Assembly (NCBI GenBank): GCA_964546565.1
Contig: CAZJKC010000001.1
Location: 16,997-80,996 of the forward strand
DNA length: 64,000 nt
From: an uncultured Staphylococcaceae bacterium
Lineage (GTDB): Bacteria; Bacillota_I; Bacilli_A; RFN20; CAG-826
Reading direction: 5' to 3'
The notes under the pieces are model-generated. The model worked only from the letters and a program-made list of their open reading frames with translations, was not told the DNA's origin and made no database searches. The translations under genes and the position numbers were made by a program. Numbering within the stretch: the first letter of the stretch is position 1; each line of letters opens with the position of its first letter. This document shows positions 28,872 to 39,438 of the stretch, piece after piece.

Positions 28872-30712
28872 ACACCTGTCCTCTTAAAAAGACGTTCTAA
28901 TTGATATTTATTAAAATGGATAACTGTTGGTCTTCCATGAGGACAACATGTGGGATTTTCACATTTAAATAAAGTATCAATTAAGTATTGCATTTCTTTA
29001 ATATTCAAATAATCGTTAGCTTTAATTGATGCTTTACAACTAATTGTCGCGATAACATGACTTCTTAACTTATGAATATCAATGCGATCACCATGCAAAG
29101 CTTGGTCCATTATAATATCAATGTATTCTTTTTCATCGGATTCATTTAACCAATGTGGTACTTGAACAACTTTCCATGCTTGTATGCCAAAACTTTCAAA
29201 TTCAAGACCGATTTCTTTTAACATATCCCGTTTTTGTTCATTAAATAAAAGAGCATCTGATGGCGAAAGTTGAATGACATGCGGCACTAAAGGCTCATGA
29301 ACACGGATTTCTTGATTAAAAAGACGTTGATACTTTTCATAATTTATACGTTCATACGCTGCATGTTGATCAATCAAATAAAATCCACCCTCTTGGTCTT
29401 CGGCAATAATATATGTCTTATGCATTTGTGCTAAAGCGCGAAGCGATAAAGTATTTTCTTGTTTTTTTTCTTCCTCAACTATTTTTGTCTCATTTTGTGT
29501 GACAGAAATCGTTTCTTTTTCTTCTATATCGCTTAATTTATGGTCAACAACAACAATCGGTTCATCATGTATAATTTTATCTTCAACTATGCTACTTAAA
29601 GGATCGATATCAGAATCATGCAATAATTGAAGTTGCTCAACTACTTGCTTATCAGTATCTTCCTTTTCTATTTGATAAAAAGGTGCGACTTTAGGTGATA
29701 TAATAGCGTCAGCTAATTTTTGCTTTTGTCTTAAAGCCATATCAATTTGCTCTAATAAGGCTAAACGTAGTTCTTCTTCTTTAGAAAAGCGAACTTCTTT
29801 TTTTGATGGATGAACATTAACATCCACTAAAACACAGTCAATATCCAAACATAAAATCACAAAAGGATAGCGACTTGGTGGTATAAAGTCATGATATGCA
29901 TCGTTGATAGCGGTTTGAACTTTGGGCATATAGACATTACGTCCATTCAATAATGTAATCATATAATACCGATTGGATTTAGCAAGTTCGGGTGTTCCTA
30001 AATAACCATTAATCTTAAAATCTTGATGATTGTACGTAAAAGGAATCATATTTTTAGCAACATCTAAGCCATATATTTGGGCTATCGTTTCTAAAAGATT
30101 ACCGCGACCATTAGTTTGAAATTGTAAGCGATCATCGATATAAAAACTAAAGGAAATATATGGATGCGCCAAAGCTAGACGTGTCATAACTTCACTGCTA
30201 TTCGCGTTTTCCGTATAATCTTTCTTCAAATACTTTAAACGAGCCGGGGTGTTATAAAAAAGCTCTTTCACATAAATAATAGTGCCCTTTCGTAAAGGCG
30301 CATCACTGATGTCCATTTGGTCCCCTTCGATTTCAATTTTTGTTCCAACATTATGCCCAGTAGAAGTTATTAAAGATAAGCGACTGACTGAGGCAATCGA
30401 TGGTAAAGCTTCACCACGAAACCCTAATGTTTTAATGCGAAATAAATCAAAAGATGATTTGATTTTACTAGTGGCATGTCTTCGAAACGCGACTTTCGCA
30501 TCGTCGCGATCCATACCGTCTCCATCATCTTCAACCGTAATTAATTCACGACCCGCATCCACAACTTTAACAATTATTTTGCGCGCATGGGCATCAATAC
30601 TATTTTCGACTAATTCTTTAATCACACTGCTCGGTCTTTCAACGACTTCACCAGCCGCAATCATATTTGCTAATTCATTATTTAATACTTGTATTTTGCT
30701 CATAATAGACAC
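28868..30712 (-). CDS. mutL: DNA mismatch repair protein MutL
   Basis: GHKL ATPase motifs (NELANMIAAGEVVERP, DDGDGM). Confidence 0.95.
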   Translation of the reverse strand: MSIMSKIQVLNNELANMIAAGEVVERPSSVIKELVENSIDAHARKIIVKVVDAGRELITVEDDGDGMDRDDAKVAFRRHATSKIKSSFDLFRIKTLGFRGEALPSIASVSRLSLITSTGHNVGTKIEIEGDQMDISDAPLRKGTIIYVKELFYNTPARLKYLKKDYTENANSSEVMTRLALAHPYISFSFYIDDRLQFQTNGRGNLLETIAQIYGLDVAKNMIPFTYNHQDFKINGYLGTPELAKSNRYYMITLLNGRNVYMPKVQTAINDAYHDFIPPSRYPFVILCLDIDCVLVDVNVHPSKKEVRFSKEEELRLALLEQIDMALRQKQKLADAIISPKVAPFYQIEKEDTDKQVVEQLQLLHDSDIDPLSSIVEDKIIHDEPIVVVDHKLSDIEEKETISVTQNETKIVEEEKKQENTLSLRALAQMHKTYIIAEDQEGGFYLIDQHAAYERINYEKYQRLFNQEIRVHEPLVPHVIQLSPSDALLFNEQKRDMLKEIGLEFESFGIQAWKVVQVPHWLNESDEKEYIDIIMDQALHGDRIDIHKLRSHVIATISCKASIKANDYLNIKEMQYLIDTLFKCENPTCCPHGRPTVIHFNKYQLERLFKRTGV

Positions 30713-33229
30713 CTACTTCATTTTCTTTTTTAAATCATAAAGAAAATTTAACGCTTCCAATGGCGTCATCGCTAATGGATCAATGTTACGAACTTCTTGA
30801 ATCCATGCTTCTTCTTTTTCTTCTCGTGGAAGAAGAATATGCGCATCATGAGGTATTTCTTTATTTTCTAAATTAGCTAAAATCTCTTTAGCACGTCTTA
30901 ATAATTCATCAGGAAGATGCGCTAAACGAGCGACATTAATACCATAGGATTTATTCATCGCTCCATCCAATACTTTATACAAAAATGTTATATGGTCATT
31001 TTCCTCTGAAACAGAAACATGAACATTACGAAGAGTCGATATTTCCTTTTCAAGAGTTGTTAATTCATGATAATGCGTACTAAACATTGTTTTAGCATGA
31101 AGACGGGAATTAATATATTCAATAATAGCTTGGGCTAATGCCATACCATCAAAAGTTGCTGTTCCTCGTCCAATTTCATCAAATATCAACAATGAATTTT
31201 CACTAGCGTGGCGTAAGGCATGATTGGCTTCACTCATTTCCACCATAAAAGTTGATTGTCCCGAAACTAAATCATCGGAAGCACCAATTCTTGTAAAAAT
31301 GCGATCAAAAACCATTAAATCAGCTTTCTTAGCCGGAACGTAACATCCGATTTGCGCCATGATAACAATTAACGCTAATTCACGCATATAAGTCGATTTA
31401 CCACCCATATTAGGCCCGGTTATCAATAAAATATCATTATCACCTGGTAAAGATACATCGTTAGGAACAAAGGCACTATTTTTCATTACTTTTTCAATAA
31501 CAGGATGACGTCCTTCTTCAATATAAACATTACGCTTATTATTAAATGTTGGGCAAACATATCCTGCGGATGCACTGACTTCTGCTAAAGAAACGATAAC
31601 ATCAATATAAGCAATTTTGTTAGCTAAACTTTGTATTTTTTGTGTTGATTCTTGCACAATACTACGAATATTTAAGAACAAATCATATTCAAGTTTCATT
31701 CTTTTTTCATCCGCATTCAATATTAATGCTTCTTTTTCTTTTAATTCTTGGGTAATGAAACGTTCCCCATTGACAGTAGTTTGTTTTCTTTCATAACCCC
31801 ATTCGTCTTTTATTAAATCCTTATTTCCTTTTGATACTTCAATATAATAACCAAATACACGATTATATCCAACTCGTAAGTTTTTAATTCCGGTGCGTTC
31901 ACGTTCTTTAGCTTCTAAAGCTGCAACCCACGATTTTCCGCCATGCGAAAGTTCAATCAATTCATCAAGTTCTTGATTGTATCCTTGTTTAAAAATACCG
32001 CCTTCTTTGACCGTTACCGGAGCATCTTCACTAATCGCGTTATCTATTAAAGAAGTTAATGAAGATAAATCATCTAAAGAATCACTTATTTTCTTAAATT
32101 CGTCATTATCTAATTCATTTAGAATTTTTTTAATATTAGGTACCGCTTTTAGCGAGGTACGAAGTTGCAATAAATCCCGTCCGTTAGCGTTACCAAAACT
32201 AATTCGTGCGATTAATCTTTCTAAATCATAAACTTCATTTAATTGATTTTGTAATTCACCACGATACATAAAGTTATCGACTAATGTGGTCACCATTTTT
32301 TGCCGAGATAATATCTCGTTTAAATCACATGAAGGCTTTTGAATGAGGTTTTTTAATAAACGACCGCCCATCGCAGTTTTACTATGATCAAGAAGCCAAT
32401 ACAATGAACCATATTTTTCTTCACTACGAATGGTACGAACTAATTCTAGATTAAGACGTGAATAAGCATCGATTTGTAAGCTCTTCACCGTTTTAATAAC
32501 ATGAACTTTTTGTAAATAATCAAGTTTCCTTTTTTGCGTCCTTTTTAAATATGATATCAATCGAACAACAACACGCATCTGATATAAATCTTGGACTTCT
32601 GATAGGATATCTTCATATTCTAATCCGATTTGTTCTTCATCTTCGTATGATATAAGTATTTTTCTTTTATTAATAATTGATGATAATGTATCTTTATTAA
32701 AAGATGATTTAATAATGATTTCTCGTGTTTGTAAATTATCTAATTCGCTTACTAATGAAGTAAAATCATGTTCAACATTCATTGTATTGATTTCACCAGT
32801 TGATAAATCAGCATAAGCCATTACATAATTTAAATCCGTTTCATCAACCGCTACAATATAGTTGTTATCATCATTAGCGATGTCGATAGCGGCTCCTGGC
32901 GTAATTATTTGTACAACATCTCTTTCTACTATTCCTTTAGCTAATGCCGGGTCTTCTAACTGCTCAACAATGCCAACTTTATATCCTTTCTGCACTAATT
33001 TTGCAATATATGATTTAATAGCGTGATATGGTACACCGCACATTGGGACTCGTTCTTCCGTGCCCGCATTTTTACCAGTTAATGTTAGTTGTAATTCACG
33101 GCTTGCTGTTTTTGCATCATCAAAAAAAAGTTCATAAAAATCACCGAGACGAAACAAAATTAAAGTGTCAGGATACTTTTCTTTAATACCTAAATATTGC
33201 ATCATCATTGGGGTATATTTTGGTTTCAT
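30713..33229 (-). CDS. mutS: DNA mismatch repair protein MutS
   Basis: TPMMQQY N-terminus, Walker A GPNMGGKST and the STF(M)xE motif. Confidence 0.95.
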   Translation of the reverse strand: MKPKYTPMMMQYLGIKEKYPDTLILFRLGDFYELFFDDAKTASRELQLTLTGKNAGTEERVPMCGVPYHAIKSYIAKLVQKGYKVGIVEQLEDPALAKGIVERDVVQIITPGAAIDIANDDNNYIVAVDETDLNYVMAYADLSTGEINTMNVEHDFTSLVSELDNLQTREIIIKSSFNKDTLSSIINKRKILISYEDEEQIGLEYEDILSEVQDLYQMRVVVRLISYLKRTQKRKLDYLQKVHVIKTVKSLQIDAYSRLNLELVRTIRSEEKYGSLYWLLDHSKTAMGGRLLKNLIQKPSCDLNEILSRQKMVTTLVDNFMYRGELQNQLNEVYDLERLIARISFGNANGRDLLQLRTSLKAVPNIKKILNELDNDEFKKISDSLDDLSSLTSLIDNAISEDAPVTVKEGGIFKQGYNQELDELIELSHGGKSWVAALEAKERERTGIKNLRVGYNRVFGYYIEVSKGNKDLIKDEWGYERKQTTVNGERFITQELKEKEALILNADEKRMKLEYDLFLNIRSIVQESTQKIQSLANKIAYIDVIVSLAEVSASAGYVCPTFNNKRNVYIEEGRHPVIEKVMKNSAFVPNDVSLPGDNDILLITGPNMGGKSTYMRELALIVIMAQIGCYVPAKKADLMVFDRIFTRIGASDDLVSGQSTFMVEMSEANHALRHASENSLLIFDEIGRGTATFDGMALAQAIIEYINSRLHAKTMFSTHYHELTTLEKEISTLRNVHVSVSEENDHITFLYKVLDGAMNKSYGINVARLAHLPDELLRRAKEILANLENKEIPHDAHILLPREEKEEAWIQEVRNIDPLAMTPLEALNFLYDLKKKMK

Positions 33230-33342
33230 ACCATCACCTCAAAACTTCATTAAAATAACATAATTATCTTATCATAAAAAAGGAAAAAATTATATTACTT
33301 TCAACTTAGAAAAATAATATAACTTTTTTAACATAGCCATCC

Positions 33343-33876
33343 TTAATCTTTTTTATTTGGTGAGGTTTTATTATCTAAGTAATTAGGATTAACATTCATT
33401 ACTATTTCTTCATCCATATCACTTTCTATTTCATCATCATCTTTGCAATCAACAGTTACTATTGCAGAAGCAAACGCATCAATAATATAATCACTTTCTA
33501 TTTTTATTTCTACCGTATGGTCATCCTTCAAAGCCATTCCGATTGCAGATGGATATTTTATAACGTGAACTTTAAAGAATATATCATCGTCAATCGTTTT
33601 CAATTTTCTCCATGACATTTGGCATTGACCAAAAAAAGGAATAGTTTCATTATAAACATTCGTTTTTTGATCATTATCTGTCGCATACCACAATTGAATA
33701 TCATATTGTCCTTTAATGACAACATTCTTTTTACTTTCTTCTGTTGTATATTGATGATTAATAATCCAACATCCTAATGTCTTACTAGCAGCTTCTGGCA
33801 AGGACAAAGTTTTTGTTTCATAGCCCAAATATTTCCCTTTGCCAATCATTGTTTTAACAATTATATCGCGATACAA
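33343..33876 (-). CDS. cotE: outer spore coat morphogenetic protein CotE
   Basis: Matches B. subtilis CotE motifs (GCWIINHQY vs GGWIINHKY) and has an acidic C-terminal tail. Located next to mutS as in B. subtilis. Start likely TTG at 33876 after SD GAGGTG. Confidence 0.8.
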   Translation of the reverse strand: MYRDIIVKTMIGKGKYLGYETKTLSLPEAASKTLGCWIINHQYTTEESKKNVVIKGQYDIQLWYATDNDQKTNVYNETIPFFGQCQMSWRKLKTIDDDIFFKVHVIKYPSAIGMALKDDHTVEIKIESDYIIDAFASAIVTVDCKDDDEIESDMDEEIVMNVNPNYLDNKTSPNKKD

Positions 33877-34198
33877 ATAAATCACCTCACTATAAATATA
33901 TGAAAGTTTAAAGCATATTATTTATATAATTTATTTATCATAATAACGTTTGAATATTTAATAAGATATTAACAAAAGCGTTTTCATCATAAACATCGAT
34001 TTAATTATGATAAAATATATTATGTGGAGGATAAAAGAAAAAAAGAAACTAAATCAAACTATAAAAATAGTTTAATTAAATAAAGATAACTTTTATCTTT
34101 TAGCAGTTTCTTTTTTAGGTATCTTTATATCATGCGATATAAACATTCTCATAAAATGTTTAAGAGGCTCGGCAAAGCCGTGTCCTATGGAGGAAATT

Positions 34199-36376
34199 AT
34201 GAAAAAAAACATCAGTAAAAAAATATTATTTATCAGTTTTTTAGCGCTTTTATTACCAGTAGGATGCGCAAAGAAAGGTAATAATAATCCTAATGGGGTC
34301 GATATTGCTAAAATACTACTAGCTAATGAAAGATTAAGTGACGATGATTTAAGTGGGAACATTTTTACTTCTGGAAAAAAAGCATTTAATCAAATAAAAA
34401 ATGCGGTAGAAAAATATAATCAAAAAGCAAAAGCCAACAATATAAAATACTCTTTTAATAAGAGCGGCAATAGATATACTTGGAATAATGCGCCAAGTTA
34501 TTCTAATTTCTTATCTTATTTCTATAGTTATTCCGCTAATATCGAGCACAATGCTACACGTGGATCATCATTGATAGATTTCACCAAATCATCAATTCAA
34601 ACTATTGACAAATGGATTAAAATAGATAGCAACAATGAAATGTTATTAACAGTTGATAAAGATAGTGAAACAATCATGTCGCGCTCTAAAAATCAATACG
34701 AAATATGTCGTCGTTATCAAAATGATTTAGGTCAAAACACATTTGAAATGTTTATCGCAAATAGTGAAACTAATTCTCAAAGCAGAATGACTTATATTCC
34801 AAATTTAAGATATGAATACACCTCTATTCAAGATGATGTATTACTTGTAATTATCGCCAATAAAGATAAAGGATATTGGGATATCATGTCCACCGATTAT
34901 AATTCTAGTCTTATCGATAAATCAATGACATTTTCCAACTTTGTCATGAAAGATGAAGCAATATATGAAACATCTTACTCCCTATCACAATACGATGATT
35001 TTATCGATGATTATTATGGACCGATAAAGTTAATTAGTTCAGACGGACAAAATGACTTATTAAGTATAGATAGCAACTACGTTTCTATATATACAACCGG
35101 TATAAACAATTTAGATTGTTTTTATATCGATGTCGAAGATAGCGAAATAGGTAATGCTTCAACTGTTGAAAATAGAGAAGATTACAAAATATTATATATC
35201 GGTGAAGGTGATGAAAAATCATATTTCACTGATGATAATAGTGAAGTTATCGCTAAATTCGCTACCGGAAAAGAACTAAAAAAAGGCGATATATTGTATC
35301 AAAATGACATCACCGTAGAAGGAACGTGCATTAATCCGATAGGTGATATCGACTTCTATGGAGAAATTACTTTGTCATTTGTCAACGATGAAATTGATTT
35401 TATTACTGATAGTCTTAAAAAACTTATGGATGACTATGATTTTACCTTTAAAGATAATTATGAAGTTATCAAAAATGCGTTAAGATTCGCCAAACAAGAT
35501 TCATTGGATTTCAGTGAATATTATCTATGGCAAGGAAGCCACATCAATAACTTTACCGATATCGATAAATCTATACAAATAGAAAAAGATTTGATTGAAA
35601 GCTTCGCTAATTTATATACAAATTACAAAGATAATCCCGTAATTAATAATAGTAATCAATGGAGTATTGACGATTCTTATAACTTTGCTAATTTAAACAT
35701 AATATCAAAAGGAGATATTTCTAATTCGGATTCCGAAATTAATATAAGCAATATTGTCGTCGAAATGGAAAACACATCACTTTTATCAAATAATACCGAC
35801 TATCAAATATGCTTTGCCTTTGCCAAAGAACAAGATAACAAGTATTCTAATTTATATACTTTAGACTTTGATAATCCTATTACCAAAGAATATGTTTACG
35901 ATAGCCTTTCAAATAGCAAAAAATTTGAATTATCGCAAAATGCAACAATAAGAATTCCTTTTTTAGAAGAAGGCTCCTATGTCTTAGTAGCGTATATAGC
36001 CACAGCAGATGATGGCATTAGAGTTTCTAATCCCATTAGCATTGGTGGATCTATTAAAGAAAACACAAAAATGGGCGAAGGATTGATTAATGTTTTAGCA
36101 AACGGAGAAGATAATAAAATATGTTTGACTTCCATTAAAACCGCGACAATAAACATTTATTTAGAGAACACTTATGATTATGAAGAATTATATTTGCTAT
36201 TGGAATCATACGCATATAAATATGGTACAACTTCAGGAGATAATATCGAAAAAGATAATAATTCTAATTGGGAAAGTATTGATAGCAACTCCGTAATTGA
36301 AGAAGGAACATATAGATTAAAATATTATAATAATAGTTTTGAAACCGATTCATACATTATAGCCTCTATTGTATAG
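34199..36376 (+). CDS. large surface lipoprotein (~725 aa), unknown function
   Basis: Signal peptide plus lipobox (LLPVGC). Asn/Asp/Ser-rich extracellular protein. Confidence 0.65.
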   Translation: MKKNISKKILFISFLALLLPVGCAKKGNNNPNGVDIAKILLANERLSDDDLSGNIFTSGKKAFNQIKNAVEKYNQKAKANNIKYSFNKSGNRYTWNNAPSYSNFLSYFYSYSANIEHNATRGSSLIDFTKSSIQTIDKWIKIDSNNEMLLTVDKDSETIMSRSKNQYEICRRYQNDLGQNTFEMFIANSETNSQSRMTYIPNLRYEYTSIQDDVLLVIIANKDKGYWDIMSTDYNSSLIDKSMTFSNFVMKDEAIYETSYSLSQYDDFIDDYYGPIKLISSDGQNDLLSIDSNYVSIYTTGINNLDCFYIDVEDSEIGNASTVENREDYKILYIGEGDEKSYFTDDNSEVIAKFATGKELKKGDILYQNDITVEGTCINPIGDIDFYGEITLSFVNDEIDFITDSLKKLMDDYDFTFKDNYEVIKNALRFAKQDSLDFSEYYLWQGSHINNFTDIDKSIQIEKDLIESFANLYTNYKDNPVINNSNQWSIDDSYNFANLNIISKGDISNSDSEINISNIVVEMENTSLLSNNTDYQICFAFAKEQDNKYSNLYTLDFDNPITKEYVYDSLSNSKKFELSQNATIRIPFLEEGSYVLVAYIATADDGIRVSNPISIGGSIKENTKMGEGLINVLANGEDNKICLTSIKTATINIYLENTYDYEELYLLLESYAYKYGTTSGDNIEKDNNSNWESIDSNSVIEEGTYRLKYYNNSFETDSYIIASIV

Positions 36377-36540
36377 CGTTATTAAGACTTTCAATGTTTT
36401 TATTACATAGTTCCATTTTTCTTATCTAATTTATTTTGCAATTATGAGCTTTATTTAATGCACTATTCTATAAATCACTAACAAAAAAAGATGTTATAAA
36501 TACCATATTTTCCCTTTTTTTGATATTTCTATCAACTAGT

Positions 36541-36568
36541 AAAAAAGCGCGATTTAATGCGCTTTTTT
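36541..36568. terminator. bidirectional rho-independent terminator between convergent surface-protein genes
   Basis: AAGCGC-gatttaat-GCGCTT hairpin flanked by A6 and T6. Confidence 0.75.
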
Positions 36569-36657
36569 CATTATTTTCTTACTCTTCTTTTAAATTATTC
36601 TTCCAAAGATAAAATTTTTTAAAATATCTTAATTCCCCTTTTTAAGTTTTATAAGAT

Positions 36658-38949
36658 TTATTCTTTACTATAGCCCCATACAACTGGAATGCGTTTATAA
36701 TCAGAATAATTTGAATTAATAACTTTTATATTCCATGAGAAATGCCATGTACTAGGTTGTACTTCCATTTCACAATATATCGTTAATGAATAACATAATT
36801 TAAAAGCTCCAAATCCTATATAAAAGACATTTTTATGTATATATACATTTTTTAAATGTGTACATTTTGAAAAAGCATAATCACAAATGATGTAAGTATT
36901 CTCATTTATATCAAATGACTCTATATCTGTATTTTTAATATCTACTAAACATAAATATGGATTATTATCACTTCCTATATAATAAGCATCATTGTCCTCA
37001 TTATATTGAAGATTGTTACAGTTATAAAAGACATTTTGCCCAAATGAAGTTAAGTTATTTGACAAAGTTACGTGTGTTAATGATTCACAAGCATTAAAAG
37101 CTCCATCACCTATATAAGTAACATTGTTAGGAATTGTAATTTCAGTTAATGATTCACATTTATAAAAAGACCTATTATAAATGTATCGTGTATTTTCATT
37201 AATAATACATGAAGTTATTTCTTGATCTTTGGATTCAATTAACCATAAAAATGGATTATCATCATTGCCTAAATAATAAGCATTATCATATTCAGTAAAG
37301 TTCAGTGATACGCAATCTATAAATACTCCATAACCTAAAGATGAAACACTAGAAGGAATAGTAATATTTGTTAAGGAAGTACAACCATCAAACGCTTGCA
37401 TTCCTATAGATATAACGCTATCGGGGATAATAATGCTTGTTAATGAACTACAATCATAAAATGCTCCTGCGAGAATAACGGATGTTTTTGGATTGATATT
37501 ACATGAAGTTATATTAGTACTTGCTTTTACCAAGCACACAAATGGATTATCATCATTGCCTAAATAAGAAGCGTTATCGTATTCATTATATTCAAGATTA
37601 TAACATTTACTAAAAGCATGAAGCCCTATAGAAGTAACATTACTAGAAATACTAATCTTTTTTAATTGTTCACAATCACTAAAAGCATAATCACCAATAG
37701 AAGTTACACTTTCGGGAAGAGAGATAGAAACGATATTTTTAAACCCATAGAATTGATATACACCAATATTTTTAATACCATCAGGAATTACAATTTCACT
37801 TAATTCTTGATATTTACCATCAACATTAAGATAAAAATGAGAAGCATACGCCATAGGATTTGATGTTTCATAAATAAGTCCATTAGGTCCGCTATCATAA
37901 TTACTGGTATAATAATAAGTATCACTAAAGCGAATGTTACACCAATCTTCTATAGTCCCATCATAATATACATTTTCTAAAGAATTACATATTTGAAATG
38001 CACGATCACCAATTGATTTAACGCTACTAGAAAAAGTAATATCAGTCAAATGCATACAACCTGCAAATGCACCAGAACCTAAAGATGAAACACTAGAAGG
38101 AATTTCAACACTTGTTAATGGACACCAATTGAATGCACCGCTACCAATTGAAGTAACACTATTAGGTATTTTAACACTTGCAATATTTGTATGTACAAAA
38201 GACCAATCACCAATAGCTGTTACTTTATATTTCTTTTTAAATGAAATCGTACTTGGAATGACAATATCAGTGTTTATATCTATATCATAGTACTTCATAT
38301 ATTTTGTGAGAACAAAACTATCATCTATCAATGCATAACAACAGCCATTCTTTTCAATTGTTAATAACCTTTCTTTATTAACATCCCAATAAAATGGTAA
38401 TGTTATAGAATTACCCGTGATAGTAATTTCTCCATCAATAATTCCCATTGACATAGATGCATCCCATCCATGTGACAATTCATAAGTATCTTTTCCACCT
38501 TCACAAAAAACGGTTAAAGAATTACAACACATAAAAGCAGATCCACCTATCGAAATATTTTTAGGAATAATTATTGTTTTAAGATTAATACACTTTAAAA
38601 ATGCTCCAGTCATAATTTGTTTAATGTTTGAATCATCCGAAAATGAAACACATTCAAGATTATCACATTCAGCAAATGCTTTTTTTCCAATAGCTTCTAC
38701 TTTTTTATTGTCGTGTATAGCGGGTATTTGAATTTTATTTATTGATTTATCCTTCATACCAGTAACAATATAGCTATCGCCCGTTTCCGATAAAGTGTAT
38801 TCTAATGCATTATCAGTTAAGCTTTCAATATTATTAGGTAGATCACTCATACTATAAATAATATTATTCGATTCATTTGGTGTACACGATGATAAAAAAG
38901 CACCAAAAAGCAAAAAAACAAAAACACCTTTTTTTATTATTTTCTTCAT
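36658..38949 (-). CDS. BspA-type leucine-rich-repeat (LRR_5) surface lipoprotein
   Basis: Lipobox LSSC. Many repeats of the ...SV/IxxIGxxAFxxCxxLxxIxIP... type. Confidence 0.8.
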   Translation of the reverse strand: MKKIIKKGVFVFLLFGAFLSSCTPNESNNIIYSMSDLPNNIESLTDNALEYTLSETGDSYIVTGMKDKSINKIQIPAIHDNKKVEAIGKKAFAECDNLECVSFSDDSNIKQIMTGAFLKCINLKTIIIPKNISIGGSAFMCCNSLTVFCEGGKDTYELSHGWDASMSMGIIDGEITITGNSITLPFYWDVNKERLLTIEKNGCCYALIDDSFVLTKYMKYYDIDINTDIVIPSTISFKKKYKVTAIGDWSFVHTNIASVKIPNSVTSIGSGAFNWCPLTSVEIPSSVSSLGSGAFAGCMHLTDITFSSSVKSIGDRAFQICNSLENVYYDGTIEDWCNIRFSDTYYYTSNYDSGPNGLIYETSNPMAYASHFYLNVDGKYQELSEIVIPDGIKNIGVYQFYGFKNIVSISLPESVTSIGDYAFSDCEQLKKISISSNVTSIGLHAFSKCYNLEYNEYDNASYLGNDDNPFVCLVKASTNITSCNINPKTSVILAGAFYDCSSLTSIIIPDSVISIGMQAFDGCTSLTNITIPSSVSSLGYGVFIDCVSLNFTEYDNAYYLGNDDNPFLWLIESKDQEITSCIINENTRYIYNRSFYKCESLTEITIPNNVTYIGDGAFNACESLTHVTLSNNLTSFGQNVFYNCNNLQYNEDNDAYYIGSDNNPYLCLVDIKNTDIESFDINENTYIICDYAFSKCTHLKNVYIHKNVFYIGFGAFKLCYSLTIYCEMEVQPSTWHFSWNIKVINSNYSDYKRIPVVWGYSKE

Positions 38950-38995
38950 AAAAAAATCCTCTCCTCAAAATTTTTTTAATGTTTTTACAATATAC

Positions 38996-39027
38996 ATTGT
39001 AACCCCCCCCCCCCCATGCTATGTCAA
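38996..39027 (-). promoter_or_regulatory. sigma-A-type promoter of the LRR gene with a G13 tract in the spacer
   Basis: Minus strand reads TTGACA (39027-39022), a 20-nt spacer containing G13 (39015-39003), then TACAAT (39001-38996). SD GGAGAGGA follows before the ATG at 38949. Confidence 0.7.
39003..39015. repeat. homopolymeric C13/G13 tract
   Basis: 13 consecutive C on the plus strand in a ~30% GC genome. Confidence 0.95.
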
Positions 39028-39091
39028 GCAATTTTGTAGTGTGTAGTGCTATTAATAAAGTAGACACTAAGGGGGTAAAAGTAGACACAAA

Positions 39092-39117
39092 AAAGAGGAT
39101 TTGGTAAAGTCCTCTTT
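39092..39117 (-). terminator. rho-independent terminator ending the DUF3990/DUF3791 operon
   Basis: AAAGAGGA/TCCTCTTT 8-bp stem. T-run on the minus strand. Confidence 0.6.
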
Positions 39118-39230
39118 GTTTTAAACTGGCATCATAATCCTGTCATATATATTGCCTTTTTATGATTTTTTTTCATATGTAATAGATTCTAATGCTATTA
39201 GGTTAGTAAAAGCATTATATCTGATTCTTT

Positions 39231-39437
39231 TTATGCGTTTATACGAGCTTCGATATATAAGTCAATATCATTGATAATATATTTATGTCCTGTGGTGTGT
39301 AATACATCGTAAAAAGTATCAAGATAATCAAATACTTTATACTTTTCAAATAGTTCTTGGGTCATAATGCCTGTCATACCTTTTTCGGCTTTATACATTT
39401 CAAAGCAAAAGGTTTTGAATTGTAATGTTTTACTCAT
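39231..39437 (-). CDS. DUF3791-family small protein
   Basis: 68 aa with a YDVLHTTGxxYIxxDIDxYI motif, matching recalled DUF3791 conservation. Last gene of the module. Confidence 0.55.
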   Translation of the reverse strand: MSKTLQFKTFCFEMYKAEKGMTGIMTQELFEKYKVFDYLDTFYDVLHTTGHKYIINDIDLYIEARINA

Positions 39438-39438
39438 A

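Noticed and set aside
30282-30740. Plus-strand 152-aa ORF
   Set aside because: Antisense to mutL. The same applies to 31977..32231 (mutS), 22122..22313, 41257..41475 (miaB), 44304..44609 (rny), 45979..46215 (recA), 49613..49903, 51311..51517, 52638..52826, 55367..55675, 57939..58304, 58671..59009 and 59734..60072.
34093-34362. Minus-strand 89-aa ORF
   Set aside because: Antisense to the signal-peptide region of the 34199..36376 lipoprotein gene. Spurious.
38873-39088. Minus-strand 71-aa ORF spanning the poly-G tract
   Set aside because: Its translation runs through G13 (GGGG). It overlaps the promoter, the direct repeats and the 5' end of the LRR gene. Interpreted as regulatory DNA, not coding.
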